The position numbers and the translations under genes are program-made. DNA of 64,000 nt from Piedraia hortae CBS 480.64. Lineage: Eukaryota. This document shows, in pieces, positions 9,764-24,796 of the stretch; within the stretch, counting starts at the first letter, position 1; every line of letters begins with the position of its first letter. Location of the stretch: contig MU005958.1 of assembly GCA_010093745.1 (NCBI GenBank), forward strand, positions 372,001-436,000, given 5' to 3'. The notes beneath the pieces are model-generated. The model saw only the letters and a list, made by a program, of their open reading frames with translations, made no database searches and was not told the origin of the DNA.

Positions 9764-11287
9764 ATGATTCGCATGACGCGTTCGAAAGCGGCGCAAGTGG
9801 CCAAAGACGGAGAGCAACTCTCAAAGGAACTAAATGGCAATCACTTTCCAGACGATCTCAAGGATGACCAGGAGCGCGAGACACCGATGATGCAAAGCAG
9901 CGGCGGCAGCGAGCGCAAGCCGCTAGGTGAAATTTCTCCCAACGGCGAAGAGAAGGACAACGTTTCCGCTAAAGCTGTTGACGACAAATCATTTCCCGTC
10001 GTCGACGATGATGCGGGGGTAAATAACAGTCTTGTGACCGATAATCCCGACCGCTCACCTCCCTCGGGGGGAAAGCCATATCTTCCAGATATTGTGCAGA
10101 AGCTTCGCAAGGATACAGGTACACCTGGAAAGCGCTCAACAAGTAACAAGGAAAATGTTTCTCCTTTTGCTGCTACGACAACGCCTGCTGGAACGCCTTT
10201 GGCTGCGCAGGTCCCAGTAACAGGATCTGCATCTGGTGAAAGTGTGCGTGGAAATGGACTTCCTGCAACAGACGAACATCTGGCCTCTGATAGTGCCCAG
10301 GACGATGGCAATGTGGGATCTCGATTGCCAGATGAACAGGAATCGTATACTCCAAAGTCAACTCCCAATAAAGCAGTGGCAGCAACAGCGATAACACCCC
10401 CCAAGTCAGCCGCTCCTGCTGCTTCCACATCTGGTAAGAGCAAGAAGCCTGTCCCAGTCGTGAAGCCGACCAAGGCAAGCCAAGCGCGCATTTCCCTTGC
10501 GCACCCCACCAAAGACGGGAACCATGTCAATGGCAACGCTGCCAAGCCTCGGCCGTCTTCTGTCCACCTTGCCCGCGGCTCCTCCATTGCACCCCGTGTC
10601 AGTACTTTGCCCTCTCTTCCGGAGAAATTCAATCCCAACTCCAAGGTTGAAATCCCTCATTCCAAACCGCGTCCGATATCAATCTCGTTCCCTACGCCCC
10701 CGCCACCTCCAAAATCTTCAAAGCCACCAACGAAGTCTAATTTCCAATTGCCAGGCGAAGCCGTAGCCGCGAAGCTGAAAGCCGCTCGCGAGGCAAGACT
10801 TCTCGCCGTGCAAGAGGAAGAGAAGGACAAGAAAACGTTCAAGGCGAGGCCGGTGCCGAAGAGTTTGAGTCGCGCTCCAACGGTCAAGGGTACGGCTAAG
10901 AGCCGTGCCCGAGAGAGTATTCTTGCTGGTGGCAGTAGCGGCCCTCTGGACCAAACGGCGAAGAGAGCTGTATCCGACAAGGCTAAAATCAATGCTGCGC
11001 CGCGGGCGCGGGCGGCATCTGCTGCTTCCGCCACCAAGGGATCCGTCATAGAGGAAGAACCGGGTCCAAAGAAGGCGACGGGAAAGGAAATTCTGGCTAG
11101 ACCGGCTATTGAACTGCGGGCGGCGAGGTCGGAAAAGGAGAAAAAGGAAGCGGCTGTCAAACTTGCCCGTGCCGAAGCCGCGGAAAGGAGTCGGCTTCTA
11201 AGTAGGGAGTGGGCAGAGAAGCAAAAGCAGAAGTTGATGGGGAAGAAGGGAAGGGATGCTTCGCATGGGAGTCAGATTGGTGCGTAA
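9764..11287 (+). CDS. Low-complexity protein with TPX2-like microtubule-binding motif
   Basis: 507-aa ORF, largely disordered. FQLPGEAVAAKLKAARE...FKARPVP resembles the TPX2 C-terminal motif; charged C-terminal helix ARAEAAERSRLLSREWAEKQK. Confidence 0.6.
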   Translation: MIRMTRSKAAQVAKDGEQLSKELNGNHFPDDLKDDQERETPMMQSSGGSERKPLGEISPNGEEKDNVSAKAVDDKSFPVVDDDAGVNNSLVTDNPDRSPPSGGKPYLPDIVQKLRKDTGTPGKRSTSNKENVSPFAATTTPAGTPLAAQVPVTGSASGESVRGNGLPATDEHLASDSAQDDGNVGSRLPDEQESYTPKSTPNKAVAATAITPPKSAAPAASTSGKSKKPVPVVKPTKASQARISLAHPTKDGNHVNGNAAKPRPSSVHLARGSSIAPRVSTLPSLPEKFNPNSKVEIPHSKPRPISISFPTPPPPPKSSKPPTKSNFQLPGEAVAAKLKAAREARLLAVQEEEKDKKTFKARPVPKSLSRAPTVKGTAKSRARESILAGGSSGPLDQTAKRAVSDKAKINAAPRARAASAASATKGSVIEEEPGPKKATGKEILARPAIELRAARSEKEKKEAAVKLARAEAAERSRLLSREWAEKQKQKLMGKKGRDASHGSQIGA

Positions 11288-11500
11288 GAGCAAAGGAATT
11301 GGGGAAAAGGAAGTTGGGTTAACTTGTCGTCTCTTTTTGTCTCTTTTGCGTGTGTATGTGAAATGTCAAGCGTTGTTGTTTGTGGGCAATTCGTTGGTAG
11401 AGAGTGTGGAAATGGCCAAGATTACTGTGCAATGAATGGAAGCTTGATCATTTGAAAAGTTCGTTGCTTGGATAGTGTACACCGACAAGAACCCACAAGG

Positions 11501-12691
<1,191 letters not shown>

Positions 12692-13034
12692 TCATTCCAT
12701 TCGGCTCTTGCCAACTTTTGTACTTGGTCCTCCGAATAAGCCTGGCTCGAAGGGAATGCTGAAATGGTTTGTGGGCACAGCAAGCTGAACCGGCCTAACT
12801 AAATATCTACTACTGTGATGTGTGGGCCTGGTTCCGAGGGTGGTTAGGCGAAGGTTGACGCCAGTCGCATTCCCGATGGAAGTGTTCCGCCCCAGCACTA
12901 GTCCATCTACTATACCGACTTTAATTGTCATTTATTACAGCTGAAGGCCCATCCACACTCGCAGCTGAATCGACAGATGATCGCGGATTCGTATCAACAG
13001 GTCCAGTAATTCTTTCCCGGAAAAGTGCACGGCT

Positions 13035-13538
13035 TCAAAGTCTTTGTACTGCCACTTTATGATGTTCGCATGTACTGATGATGGCCCCGTCTTTCGCACG
13101 TTGAAGTGTACCCCTAAGCAAAGCCAATTTTTTTCCCATATGTACCACTTCGCATGTCATGAGCAACTCCTCCCCTTGCAGCGCTGGTCGGAGGTAGCTC
13201 ACGTTCAACGACCGGCTTACACCCGCATGCGCCCACCCATTTTGCTCCGCCTTAACATCTGGGTTCTGGGCCAAGCCATAAATAGCCAGACTCGTACAGG
13301 AATCGAACATAAAGCTTTGGGCTCCGCCGTGTAAGTGTCCCCATGCGTTGCAGTAGTAAGGATCGACTGTAAACGCAAAGGTAGCCGTAACGTGCGTTGG
13401 TGACAGCATTTTCACCTCCTGCAGCTTGCACTGTTGCCCCCAAAATGGAGCACTGAAACGGGGCCCATCCTCAAAGGGTTGTGCCAATGCTGCACGAATT
13501 CGCTCCTCGGCCGATGATGAATCGAAGTTCATTGGCAT
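13035..13538 (-). CDS. PaaI/ACOT13-like hotdog-fold acyl-CoA thioesterase
   Basis: YCNAWGHLHGGA...D motif; GVSRSLNVSYLRPA; VVHMGKKLA. Confidence 0.88.
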   Translation of the reverse strand: MPMNFDSSSAEERIRAALAQPFEDGPRFSAPFWGQQCKLQEVKMLSPTHVTATFAFTVDPYYCNAWGHLHGGAQSFMFDSCTSLAIYGLAQNPDVKAEQNGWAHAGVSRSLNVSYLRPALQGEELLMTCEVVHMGKKLALLRGTLQRAKDGAIISTCEHHKVAVQRL

Positions 13539-13642
13539 GTTGATGACTTCGGCGTGCTACAGAACACTGGCCATGAATAAGCGGGGCATGCTTCCTCGGC
13601 TCCACTTGGCTTGCCAGGTTCTTTGCCTTCCATGGACATGCT

Positions 13643-14941
13643 ATGGCCGTACACGAGAGAGGATCGAGGAAGGACTCTATGACAGAGACACGGCGTTCTA
13701 GTTTCTTACCTCCTCCATTTACAGGCCCGGTACGTCCTTTGTCACCTGACACATTTACTGTCGAAGAATGTCAGGGTCTACAATCGCACAGTTCTTCCAG
13801 TCCGTCGCCACCAACCCCTCCGGTTTCTTCCAAATTGCAGCGATTATGGGTCAAAGACAAGGGGCTGGTCTGGATACTGCTGTCGCAAGCCTTTGGTGTT
13901 TTGATGAATGGAACAACCCGAGCACTTGAAGAAAATGGCAAAGGCATGGACCCCTTCCAGATTCTTCTTGCCCGCATGAGTTTGACCCTCCTCTTGGCCA
14001 GCGGCTATATGTGGTATAAGAATACCCCAGACTTTCCCCTAGGCAAGCCCGAAGTTCGTGGTCTTCTTATGGCCCGCGGCTTTGGGGGGTTCTTTGGCGT
14101 TTTTGGCATGTATTATTCCTTGCAATACTTGCCTTTGGCGGAGGCAACCGTCATCACCTTTCTGGCGCCCGGTCTCGCGTGTTGGGCGTGTTCAATTCTT
14201 ATCCATGAGCCATTTGGCCGGTTGGAGAAGTTCGCCTGCTTGGTCTCGCTTTTGGGGGTTGTTCTGATAGCCCGTCCTTCCACTATTTTTGCTGCCTCTA
14301 ACAGTGGCAACTCCACAGTTGACGACGATGCAACGCCCTCACAAAGGCTAAAAGGCACTGGCGTCGGTCTCGTTGGCGTTCTTGGAGCCGCAAGCGCGTA
14401 TACAACTATACGGTGGATCGGAAAACGTGCTCATCCTCTCATTTCGGTAAATTATTTTGCTGCTTGGTGTACGCTCATCAGCGTCATAGCTCAATTCACG
14501 ATTCCTGGTGTCACATTTTCACTTCCGGCTGACTTGAGACAATGGGGATTACTCGTTTTTCTGGGTGTTTGTGGGTTCGCAATGGTAGGCTGCTTGCCAC
14601 TAAGTATGTTGATGGACTGACACGCGCAGCAATTCCTCCTCGCCGCCGCTTTGTCGTATGAGAAATCGTCTCGCGCGACCAACATCGCATACATGCAAAT
14701 GATATTTGCCATAGCGTTTGACAAGATTGTCTTTGGGCATTCACCTGACCTGACCAGCATTGCAGGTAGCAGTCTTATCCTTGGGTCTGCGCTTTGTGTT
14801 GCAACGATGGCAAGCACGGGGAAGCCAGATTACAAGGCATTGGACGATGCATCGCCCGAACATCATGATCAGTCCCGACAAGGGCTAATGACTGCAGATG
14901 TCGAGCTGGCCAATGTTCCGGAAGGTCCTGAGCGGTGCTAA
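13643..14941 (+). CDS. EamA/DMT family membrane transporter
   Basis: About 10 TM segments; RGFGGFFGVFGMYYSLQYLPLAEATVITFLAP. Intron 14585-14629 joins to the second exon ending at 14941. Confidence 0.9.
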
Positions 14942-15852
14942 GAAAGGAATCCTGGGCAGTGAATCGTTGGCCAGGGGAAGGGATACAATGGAGTGCTAAT
15001 GCAGACGTAAGTACACATGTCACGACTGCATGTGAAGAAAGACCAGGGGTGACGATCATTGTCCACGTACTTGCATCTGTTTGAAAGAGGAGGTATTGTG
15101 GATATCAACATCTTTCGAACAGCCTCGTCCCGAAGCCTTTCAAACGCATTTCAGACTTTTCATCCCATCGCCTACGCATCAATTTGGTGGCATCATAAGC
15201 CTCTAGCCATGTTTTCCAGCCTTGGTCGAACCCGCCAGCCAGTGGCGTCTTGTGGGCTTTCATTTGGATTTCACACAACCCCGATACACCGCTGTTTAAC
15301 GACAGTGTATCATACTCTCATTGTGGTTACATTTAAGGTTAAGGTTGGATTTCGCACGTGCCGCTGATCAGGGTGGGACCAGGGTATTGCGAGTCAAGTG
15401 CCTTCCTCATGGGGAATTATTTACGTCACATGACAAAATCTATCAAGGAAAAAAACCCTTGCAGCGTTAGAGCGTTGTCATACCGACCTTGCTGGATCAT
15501 GCTGAGTTTTTCAGTGGTGCACGTAGCTTCTACGCTGCTGTAAAAGCTTAGGGTCCCCAGACAGGGACTTAATCATCAATGCCGTTGTCGTGGTACGTTT
15601 GAGAAAGTGGTCGCTCAGACATTTCTTCTTCATCCGGCGGCACTTTTTTGTTTCTGTTGTTGTGGTGGTGGTGGTTGAGGCGCGTGGCACGCCAGTGGTC
15701 GACACACATTCCGGCGGACTTCACCACACGTTCCAGACATCACTCCACATTGGAATCCGACTACGTCGGTGTGTTGTTCACAGGGTCCAGTGAGCATCTC
15801 GCAAGGGTACTGACCTTATGGCTCGTCGTTTTTCGCACTGACCTTCACAATC

Positions 15853-18800
15853 ATGTCGGCGGAACCGGCTCAAGATCTGAGTCAATGGGGGGCTTCGGCG
15901 AACATGACTTCACACGGCCACAGTGTGTCACATTCACCCGCGGCGTGTGATGGACATGGTCTCTTCAACAATTATATCCGGGCTTTCTACCCGTACGGCC
16001 CATCTAGCAGCTCAACAATCGGTTACAATGGTTCGCTGACCATTGCGACTATCAAGCGGGGTGACTTGATTCTTGTTCACTCGGTACATGCCAGTAAATG
16101 GGCCGATGGAACAGTACTGCTTACGGGAGAGCGCGGATGGCTGCCCACAAACTACTGTGAGGCATATAGTCACGATTACTTAGCCAGCTTGTTGGACATC
16201 ACGACACAAATCTGGGATCTGTCTGACGCCAAAGACAGTGATGCTCTTGCCGTATTCGCCCGCCAGGACTTTTCGCGTGGTGTCATTGCAGGGGTACGCT
16301 ATTTGTTGGTTGAGTCTGGTTGCCTTCATAGCCAGTCGCAGCTGGTCTTGCAACACACAGCTATACGCAGAAAGCGCAAAAGCTTGCTTGCCGACCTGTC
16401 GTCTCTTAATCAGTTTGCAAGGCAGCTACAGCGCATGGCAGGTGAGCCCGTGTCAATGAAAGAGGCCCACACGCTTTTGGATGTCTTCACTGCCAGAGCA
16501 TTCAGGGTCGTGAGCAAAGCAGTCTCATTTATGGATGTGTGGACGTCGGAAACGAGCCCCAGTAGTCCTTGTAGTCCCATATCTGTTGAGATGGCAAACA
16601 CAGTTGCTGCAGTGACCTCGGTCACCCAATCTGAGCAGGTACAGACAGCGAACGAAGGCAAGGATATTGTTAGACCTGGCATGGATCCATTGCCCACAGC
16701 CCTTCAGTCTTGTCGTGGCCTCATGACCCACCGCATGTCTCGACGTGGGGTGAACTATCACGAATCGAAGACGATGGCATCGGAAGAGCTGGCCAAGGTG
16801 CATGAAGAATTCGTCAGGCATATTGGGACTTTCATCGGTCACCATTTGCGGTCGCCACCCTCGGCAGAATTGGCTGCGATGACAGACTGCCTAATAGTAT
16901 CAAACCAGAGGATGCTAGGTATTATGAGGGAAGTGGCCCGCCGCAGTCCGTCAACAGCAGATTCAATCAACCAACTACATGAGCAGCTTCAGGCTCGACT
17001 TCAAGACGTTTTAAATGCCACCCAAAAAGTTCGGGACACCGATACAGCCAACCTTCATTCCCAGAATGATAGGCTTACGCTGGCAACCCATCTCATTCGC
17101 GTTGCCAGCGATTGCGTGGACAAGGCTCGACCGACAATCGAGCAGATGGGAGATTTTGAGCTTTGCTGCGATCTAACTGGAAGATTGAACCAGGCAATCG
17201 GCGAATCGAATACTGCACCCGAGTCTACGGTGGCGATGCTGAATCTTCGATGGGGTCTACGACCTCTTGCAAACTCACCCAGAGAGAGTTTTCAGGAACC
17301 GGTATCGCCCCTTGAATCAGAGAGCTCACAAGAAACAGGCTGCTGTAACAATCAACTTTCTACGGATAAATCCCGGTTGTCACAGCGTCATAATGCCCCA
17401 ACTCCGAAGAGGGGTGTGCGAAGTTTGAGCCTTTGTCAGTCCGAACCATTATCTCCCGCAGTGACTACCCAATCTCCAACCCAATCTCCTACCCAATCCC
17501 TCGCCTTGACCGAGGGATCATTGTCGCCGTTTCCACAGCCCGAGCCCATCAGGCAATATGCTATTGCTACAGACCCCAGCGACTACGATTCTGGTCTCAG
17601 CACTCCGCTCGCGCCTTTCTGCCCAGGTCTGTTGGGCTATTTCACACATCCCTCGATGAACAGCCGTCAGGCAAGTGGTGGTACAGCTGACCGGCGCCGA
17701 CCCATGTCATTAATCAAGGCAGCAACTCGCAAAGACAGCACAACTGAATCGTTTGGATCTACGAATACGCACTGCAGCACCGGGCGCCTATCGACAATTT
17801 CCCATCAGTCAGATATTTCGACAAGAGCTACAACACCCGATGCGTTCCCAGAGCCAAGCCCCATGGAGGGAATGCGCATGGGTAGCATAACGAGTACCTC
17901 TCAGGCTAGCACGACCACACTCGAAGGAATCAACGAAGCTGGGACGGACCTGCTTTGCAAGACATTTGCCAATGAGCTGATCCTCAATAAGGAGGGTAAT
18001 GTTATTGGAGGCAGCCTTCCTGCTTTGGTGGAGAGATTAACATTGCATGATGCATCGCCTGATGGTCAGTTCATATCTGCCTTCTTCATGACATTCCGCA
18101 TGTTTGCGGACCCCCGTCAACTTGCTCAAGCATTGATCGATCGCTTCGACTATGCTGGTGACTCCAAAGCCGTTGGGGCGCCGGTCAGGCTACGAGTTTA
18201 TAACGTCATCAAAAGCTGGCTGGTAACTTATTGGAACTTGGAGGCTGATCACGACGCTTTGGGGGACATTCGCTATTTTGCCCTCCAAAAGCTGACCCCC
18301 CACTTGCCATCTGCGGGCGAGAGGCTGATGGGGTTGGTTCGAAAGCTGACAAGCGTCTACCAAACTGGAATATCTCAGTACCCATTCGTGTCTAACGTCG
18401 GTAAATGCTGCCCCTCCACAGTAGAGGAAAAAGATCAGATCACACCCGAGCCGGAATTGACAAAAAGCCAGCTTAACCTGCTGCGTACGGACATGGAGGG
18501 TGGAGCGACGTGCTCGGTGTTGGATGCAAGTCCGTTGGAGCTAGCGCGACAGATAACTCTGATGGCATCCAAGATCTACAATAGCATTCAAGCTGATGAA
18601 CTGCTAAGCCTGTCATGGAACAAGAAGGAATGTGAGCAAGTAGCAAATGTGCGGGAAATGTGCAGCTTTAGCACATCCCTGGCAAACATGGTTGGAGATT
18701 CCATTCTCAGCCCCGACGATGCCAAGAAGCGTGCGCTGGTGATCAACCAGTGGGCCAGGGTAGCCACTCACTGTTTGGAACTGCACAACTACGACTCTGT

Positions 18801-19395
18801 TATGAGTATCGTCTGCACCATTAACCTCACAACAATTCAGCGCCTTAAGCGGACATGGGATTGCGTTTCGCGCAAAACCAAATCATATATGGAAGTCCTC
18901 AATAAGGTAACAGATTGTTCATCCAATCATAAATGGCTGCGCAGCCAGCTAGAAGATCCCACGGCACCATGCATTCCCTTCCTAGGCATTTACTTGACGG
19001 ACCTCACGTTCCTACACGAAGGATATCCCAAGACACGCGACCTGGGAGATCAAAAGGTCATAAATTTTGCAAAATACATGCGCATGGCAAGCGTGGTTTC
19101 GCAGCTGCAACGCGTTCAGGTGGATTACAAACTGCAAACCGTGCCGGAAATACAATCTTGGGTCGAGAAGCAATTGCGGCGAATGCGCGAGTGTCGCGAG
19201 GATGCAGATACATCCTTTTACAGACGTAGTTTGATGCTCGAGCCGAAGCAGGATGACCCGCGCCGACCGAGCGTGGCAGTCAACGGTGATATCGATGGTG
19301 GCGCTGGCAGAGGAAGTGAGGGACGGCCACGAGTGTCTGGAGGGAAAGAACGATTAGAAGCGCTTTTTCGGCTTGGAGGTGTCTCGCAACGATAA
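15853..19395 (+). CDS. Ras-family guanine nucleotide exchange factor (SH3-REM-CDC25)
   Basis: N-terminal SH3 (WADG...GERGWLPTNYC), REM (GGSLPALVERLT...FFMTFRMF), CDC25 domain (PLELARQIT, PCIPFLGIYLTDLTF, INFAKY). Confidence 0.92.
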   Translation: MSAEPAQDLSQWGASANMTSHGHSVSHSPAACDGHGLFNNYIRAFYPYGPSSSSTIGYNGSLTIATIKRGDLILVHSVHASKWADGTVLLTGERGWLPTNYCEAYSHDYLASLLDITTQIWDLSDAKDSDALAVFARQDFSRGVIAGVRYLLVESGCLHSQSQLVLQHTAIRRKRKSLLADLSSLNQFARQLQRMAGEPVSMKEAHTLLDVFTARAFRVVSKAVSFMDVWTSETSPSSPCSPISVEMANTVAAVTSVTQSEQVQTANEGKDIVRPGMDPLPTALQSCRGLMTHRMSRRGVNYHESKTMASEELAKVHEEFVRHIGTFIGHHLRSPPSAELAAMTDCLIVSNQRMLGIMREVARRSPSTADSINQLHEQLQARLQDVLNATQKVRDTDTANLHSQNDRLTLATHLIRVASDCVDKARPTIEQMGDFELCCDLTGRLNQAIGESNTAPESTVAMLNLRWGLRPLANSPRESFQEPVSPLESESSQETGCCNNQLSTDKSRLSQRHNAPTPKRGVRSLSLCQSEPLSPAVTTQSPTQSPTQSLALTEGSLSPFPQPEPIRQYAIATDPSDYDSGLSTPLAPFCPGLLGYFTHPSMNSRQASGGTADRRRPMSLIKAATRKDSTTESFGSTNTHCSTGRLSTISHQSDISTRATTPDAFPEPSPMEGMRMGSITSTSQASTTTLEGINEAGTDLLCKTFANELILNKEGNVIGGSLPALVERLTLHDASPDGQFISAFFMTFRMFADPRQLAQALIDRFDYAGDSKAVGAPVRLRVYNVIKSWLVTYWNLEADHDALGDIRYFALQKLTPHLPSAGERLMGLVRKLTSVYQTGISQYPFVSNVGKCCPSTVEEKDQITPEPELTKSQLNLLRTDMEGGATCSVLDASPLELARQITLMASKIYNSIQADELLSLSWNKKECEQVANVREMCSFSTSLANMVGDSILSPDDAKKRALVINQWARVATHCLELHNYDSVMSIVCTINLTTIQRLKRTWDCVSRKTKSYMEVLNKVTDCSSNHKWLRSQLEDPTAPCIPFLGIYLTDLTFLHEGYPKTRDLGDQKVINFAKYMRMASVVSQLQRVQVDYKLQTVPEIQSWVEKQLRRMRECREDADTSFYRRSLMLEPKQDDPRRPSVAVNGDIDGGAGRGSEGRPRVSGGKERLEALFRLGGVSQR

Positions 19396-19857
19396 TAACC
19401 AGGAACTCCCGACATCCTCCTTATGGGATGCTTTTTTCATGTTTTATGGAAATGAATGTTATGCAGCTAATGTCATAGTGTGAGTGTAGTTGATGTTCGG
19501 ACGGTTTTACGATATGCCCTCTCTCAGTTCACACGGTATTCTGTTGAAACTATGCGTGAAAAGTGCATAGACATGTTTGATTGCATGTTACGTCTACCTA
19601 GGTCACCTAAGACCCTTAGGCTAACAAGGGATGCAAGACGAAGTTGCCCGCGACAGTGAAGACGCGGAAGGAGCCGCGTGACGAAATGCGCGTGACCGGG
19701 CTTGAAGCTTCGCCACAATTGGCGTCATCGGCAGACACCACCTAGGTATCATAGCTGCATCCACGACGCCTACCTTTGATACATTTTTTGGGGGAGGTGG
19801 TGTCTGTTGTTAATCGCTGGAGGTACCTGCATTTATTGACGTCGCCCAAGGCAATTG

Positions 19858-21864
19858 ATGGACGAGGAAGACTGTTCGAGATGCGGGATGGCGACATCAC
19901 ATGTCAGCGAGGTGACGACAGAGCGGGGCGACGAGAACACCTGGGTGGCCGAGACGAGGGCTGAGAGTCCGACGGCCGAAGTGAGCGAAGGCGATGATGT
20001 CGGACGGCTGCCGTCGACGGCTGATGCGCCGTGGGCCAGCCGCGCACGACGTCGCCAACCTGGCTCCGGCTCTTATTCCTCGTGGCGGTCGTGGCGGTCG
20101 GGGACGCTGGACGGCTCCAGAAGTCTCAACCCGGGTCGCGAGGTCGAGGGCAGCCTCAGGCGAACCGATACGTTGCAGAGCACGACGACCGACACAGCGG
20201 ACATGGCCGCAGTCCAGCGCGCACTGCCACCCGACGATGGCATGAGCGATTTGCGGCAGCAGCTGCAGGAGGTGCGGGCTTTGGCCGTGTCGACAGAGGA
20301 AAAGGCCAGGCGAATGCACCGGCTCATGATGCAGCGTTACCGTCAAAAGAGTCCGGAGGAGCCAATGGCACCGGTGTTGCCAGAGGTGGACTCCAGCAAT
20401 CCCTACGCCGTGCTGGCGGCCGACAGGGAGCCAAGCTACTGCCCCGGCAAAGCTTTCTTCGGCTGTATGCACTACAAGCGCAATGTCAAAGTACAGTGTC
20501 ACGACTGCTGGCGCTGGTACACGTGCCGCCACTGTCATGACGCAGCTGAGCTGCCGTTCCCACACCAGTTGAATCGCAAGAAGACGGAGAACATGCTGTG
20601 TATGTTCTGCCACACAGCACAGCCCGCGGCGGAGCAGTGCACCAGCTGCGGGAAGTATGCGGCGTGGTACTATTGCGCCAAATGCAAGCTGTGGAATGAC
20701 GACGTGAGCAAACGCATCTATCACTGTGACAGCTGCGGCATCTGCCGCGTCGGAGAGGGCCTGGGCAAGGACTTTGTGCATTGTGAGCGCTGCAATGTGT
20801 GCATTTCCATCTCAGCTGCCAACTCGCACCCATGCATCGAGCGTGCGACCGAGGGCGATTGTCCGCTATGTCTGGCTCACCTGTTTGAGTCGCCCAAGTC
20901 CGTTGTGAGCCTTCCCTGCGGCCATTACATGCATGGTGACTGCTACCGGGACCTTATGGCCGTGACTTATAAGTGTCCGGTGTGCAGCAAAAGCGCAGTG
21001 AACATGGACGTTGCCTGGCGCAAGTTGGACGACGAAATCCGCGCTCAGCCAATGCCCGAGGAAGTCCTCAGCACCAGTGTCCGCGAAGTTTTTGTAGCCT
21101 GCAACGATTGCGGTTCGCGCTCATGGTCTCCCTTCCACTGGCTCGGCCTCAAGTGTCAGATCTGCGATAGCTACAATACGATCCACGTGGTACCCACAGC
21201 CCGGAACGAGTCCGAGGCCGAGCGGCTCCTCCGCCAACAACAGCTCCAGCTCAACGTACCCGTGAATGTAGTCCGCAGCGATGCCGCATTTGAAGTGTCT
21301 ACGCCTTCTTCCCCGCCTGCGCAGTTGGCGGTATCAACGCCTTCGTCTGTAGCCGTGGCAGCACCACCCGCAGACGAGGGCATCTCTCGAAGTGCGCCAC
21401 ACAGCTCCGCCCCCACCGGGCGAAGGTATTTTGTCCAGGACGAACCTTCCCGTCGCTCCTCTTTCACCACGGTCAGCTTTCCGACCCCATCCATGCCCTC
21501 ATTGCCTCACCTCCCTGAAATTCCTCATATAATCCCCCGTGCCACAAACATGATGCACTTGCCCGACTTACCAAGGTTTTCCGCGGCGGAAATGTTCGAC
21601 GCCTTTTCCAGGTCTCTTTCGCCTATGCGGTATTACATTCCCGGCATGGAAAGAAGCAGCAGCGTGGGTAGGCCCCCCGGCGAGCCTTGTGCCGGCTCCG
21701 CTTCAGAGGAGGGGGCCGGCAGAAAAACCAGAAGGACGGGCGAGTTTTTCTGGCGGGGGCTGGAGAACAGCGCATTTGGAGACGAGAGCGATAGCGAGAG
21801 CAGCGAGGAAGACGACGACGATGACCTTGATCGTATGGAAATCGAATTACCCGGTCACAGGTAG
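19858..21864 (+). CDS. CHY zinc finger / RING-H2 E3 ligase (Pirh2/RCHY1-like)
   Basis: GCMHYKRNVK...CRHCHD CHY finger, CTCHY, RING CPLC...CGHYMHGDC...CPVC and C-terminal CNDC...FHWLGLKCQICDSYNT. Confidence 0.92.
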   Translation: MDEEDCSRCGMATSHVSEVTTERGDENTWVAETRAESPTAEVSEGDDVGRLPSTADAPWASRARRRQPGSGSYSSWRSWRSGTLDGSRSLNPGREVEGSLRRTDTLQSTTTDTADMAAVQRALPPDDGMSDLRQQLQEVRALAVSTEEKARRMHRLMMQRYRQKSPEEPMAPVLPEVDSSNPYAVLAADREPSYCPGKAFFGCMHYKRNVKVQCHDCWRWYTCRHCHDAAELPFPHQLNRKKTENMLCMFCHTAQPAAEQCTSCGKYAAWYYCAKCKLWNDDVSKRIYHCDSCGICRVGEGLGKDFVHCERCNVCISISAANSHPCIERATEGDCPLCLAHLFESPKSVVSLPCGHYMHGDCYRDLMAVTYKCPVCSKSAVNMDVAWRKLDDEIRAQPMPEEVLSTSVREVFVACNDCGSRSWSPFHWLGLKCQICDSYNTIHVVPTARNESEAERLLRQQQLQLNVPVNVVRSDAAFEVSTPSSPPAQLAVSTPSSVAVAAPPADEGISRSAPHSSAPTGRRYFVQDEPSRRSSFTTVSFPTPSMPSLPHLPEIPHIIPRATNMMHLPDLPRFSAAEMFDAFSRSLSPMRYYIPGMERSSSVGRPPGEPCAGSASEEGAGRKTRRTGEFFWRGLENSAFGDESDSESSEEDDDDDLDRMEIELPGHR

Positions 21865-22092
21865 CTTTGCATACAACAAACCTCTACATGTACGAGTGGG
21901 GAAGGCGTTCAGGGTTCATGAGAGAAGAATCAAAGGGAGGGAGGTGATGCCTACATAGCTTCACTATGGGAAAGAACTGCAAGTGTACACGGACACAATA
22001 CCAAACTCCTGTTCCGTCTGGCATGCCTATGATATATAAAAAACCTCACACATCAAAACCCCCCTCTGACAAGAAGTACGAAAAACAGACTT

Positions 22093-24474
<2,382 letters not shown>

Positions 24475-24796
24475 TCCAACGGCCTGCATCATGGCTGAAG
24501 TTGGGCTTTGCTCGCCTACGTCTACTACCTACCTGTGAGGCCAGCTGTGACACAGCGCCTGTCGGGATTGGTTGCTTTGAAACGCGGGACTGTTCCGCTG
24601 CCAAGACTACACCACAAGTCGCCCATACTCCTGGACGTAAACATGCCAGCTTCACATTACTTCGACAGCCTTGTTCCATCCATGGCAAGTCTGTTTTCGC
24701 GCTGCGCAGAGACGGAGCAACCCATTGCTGGGCACCTGATTTTGATACTCCCGTTCCGGGACATAGGACAAATTGGGAATCAGTGCGGGTTACATG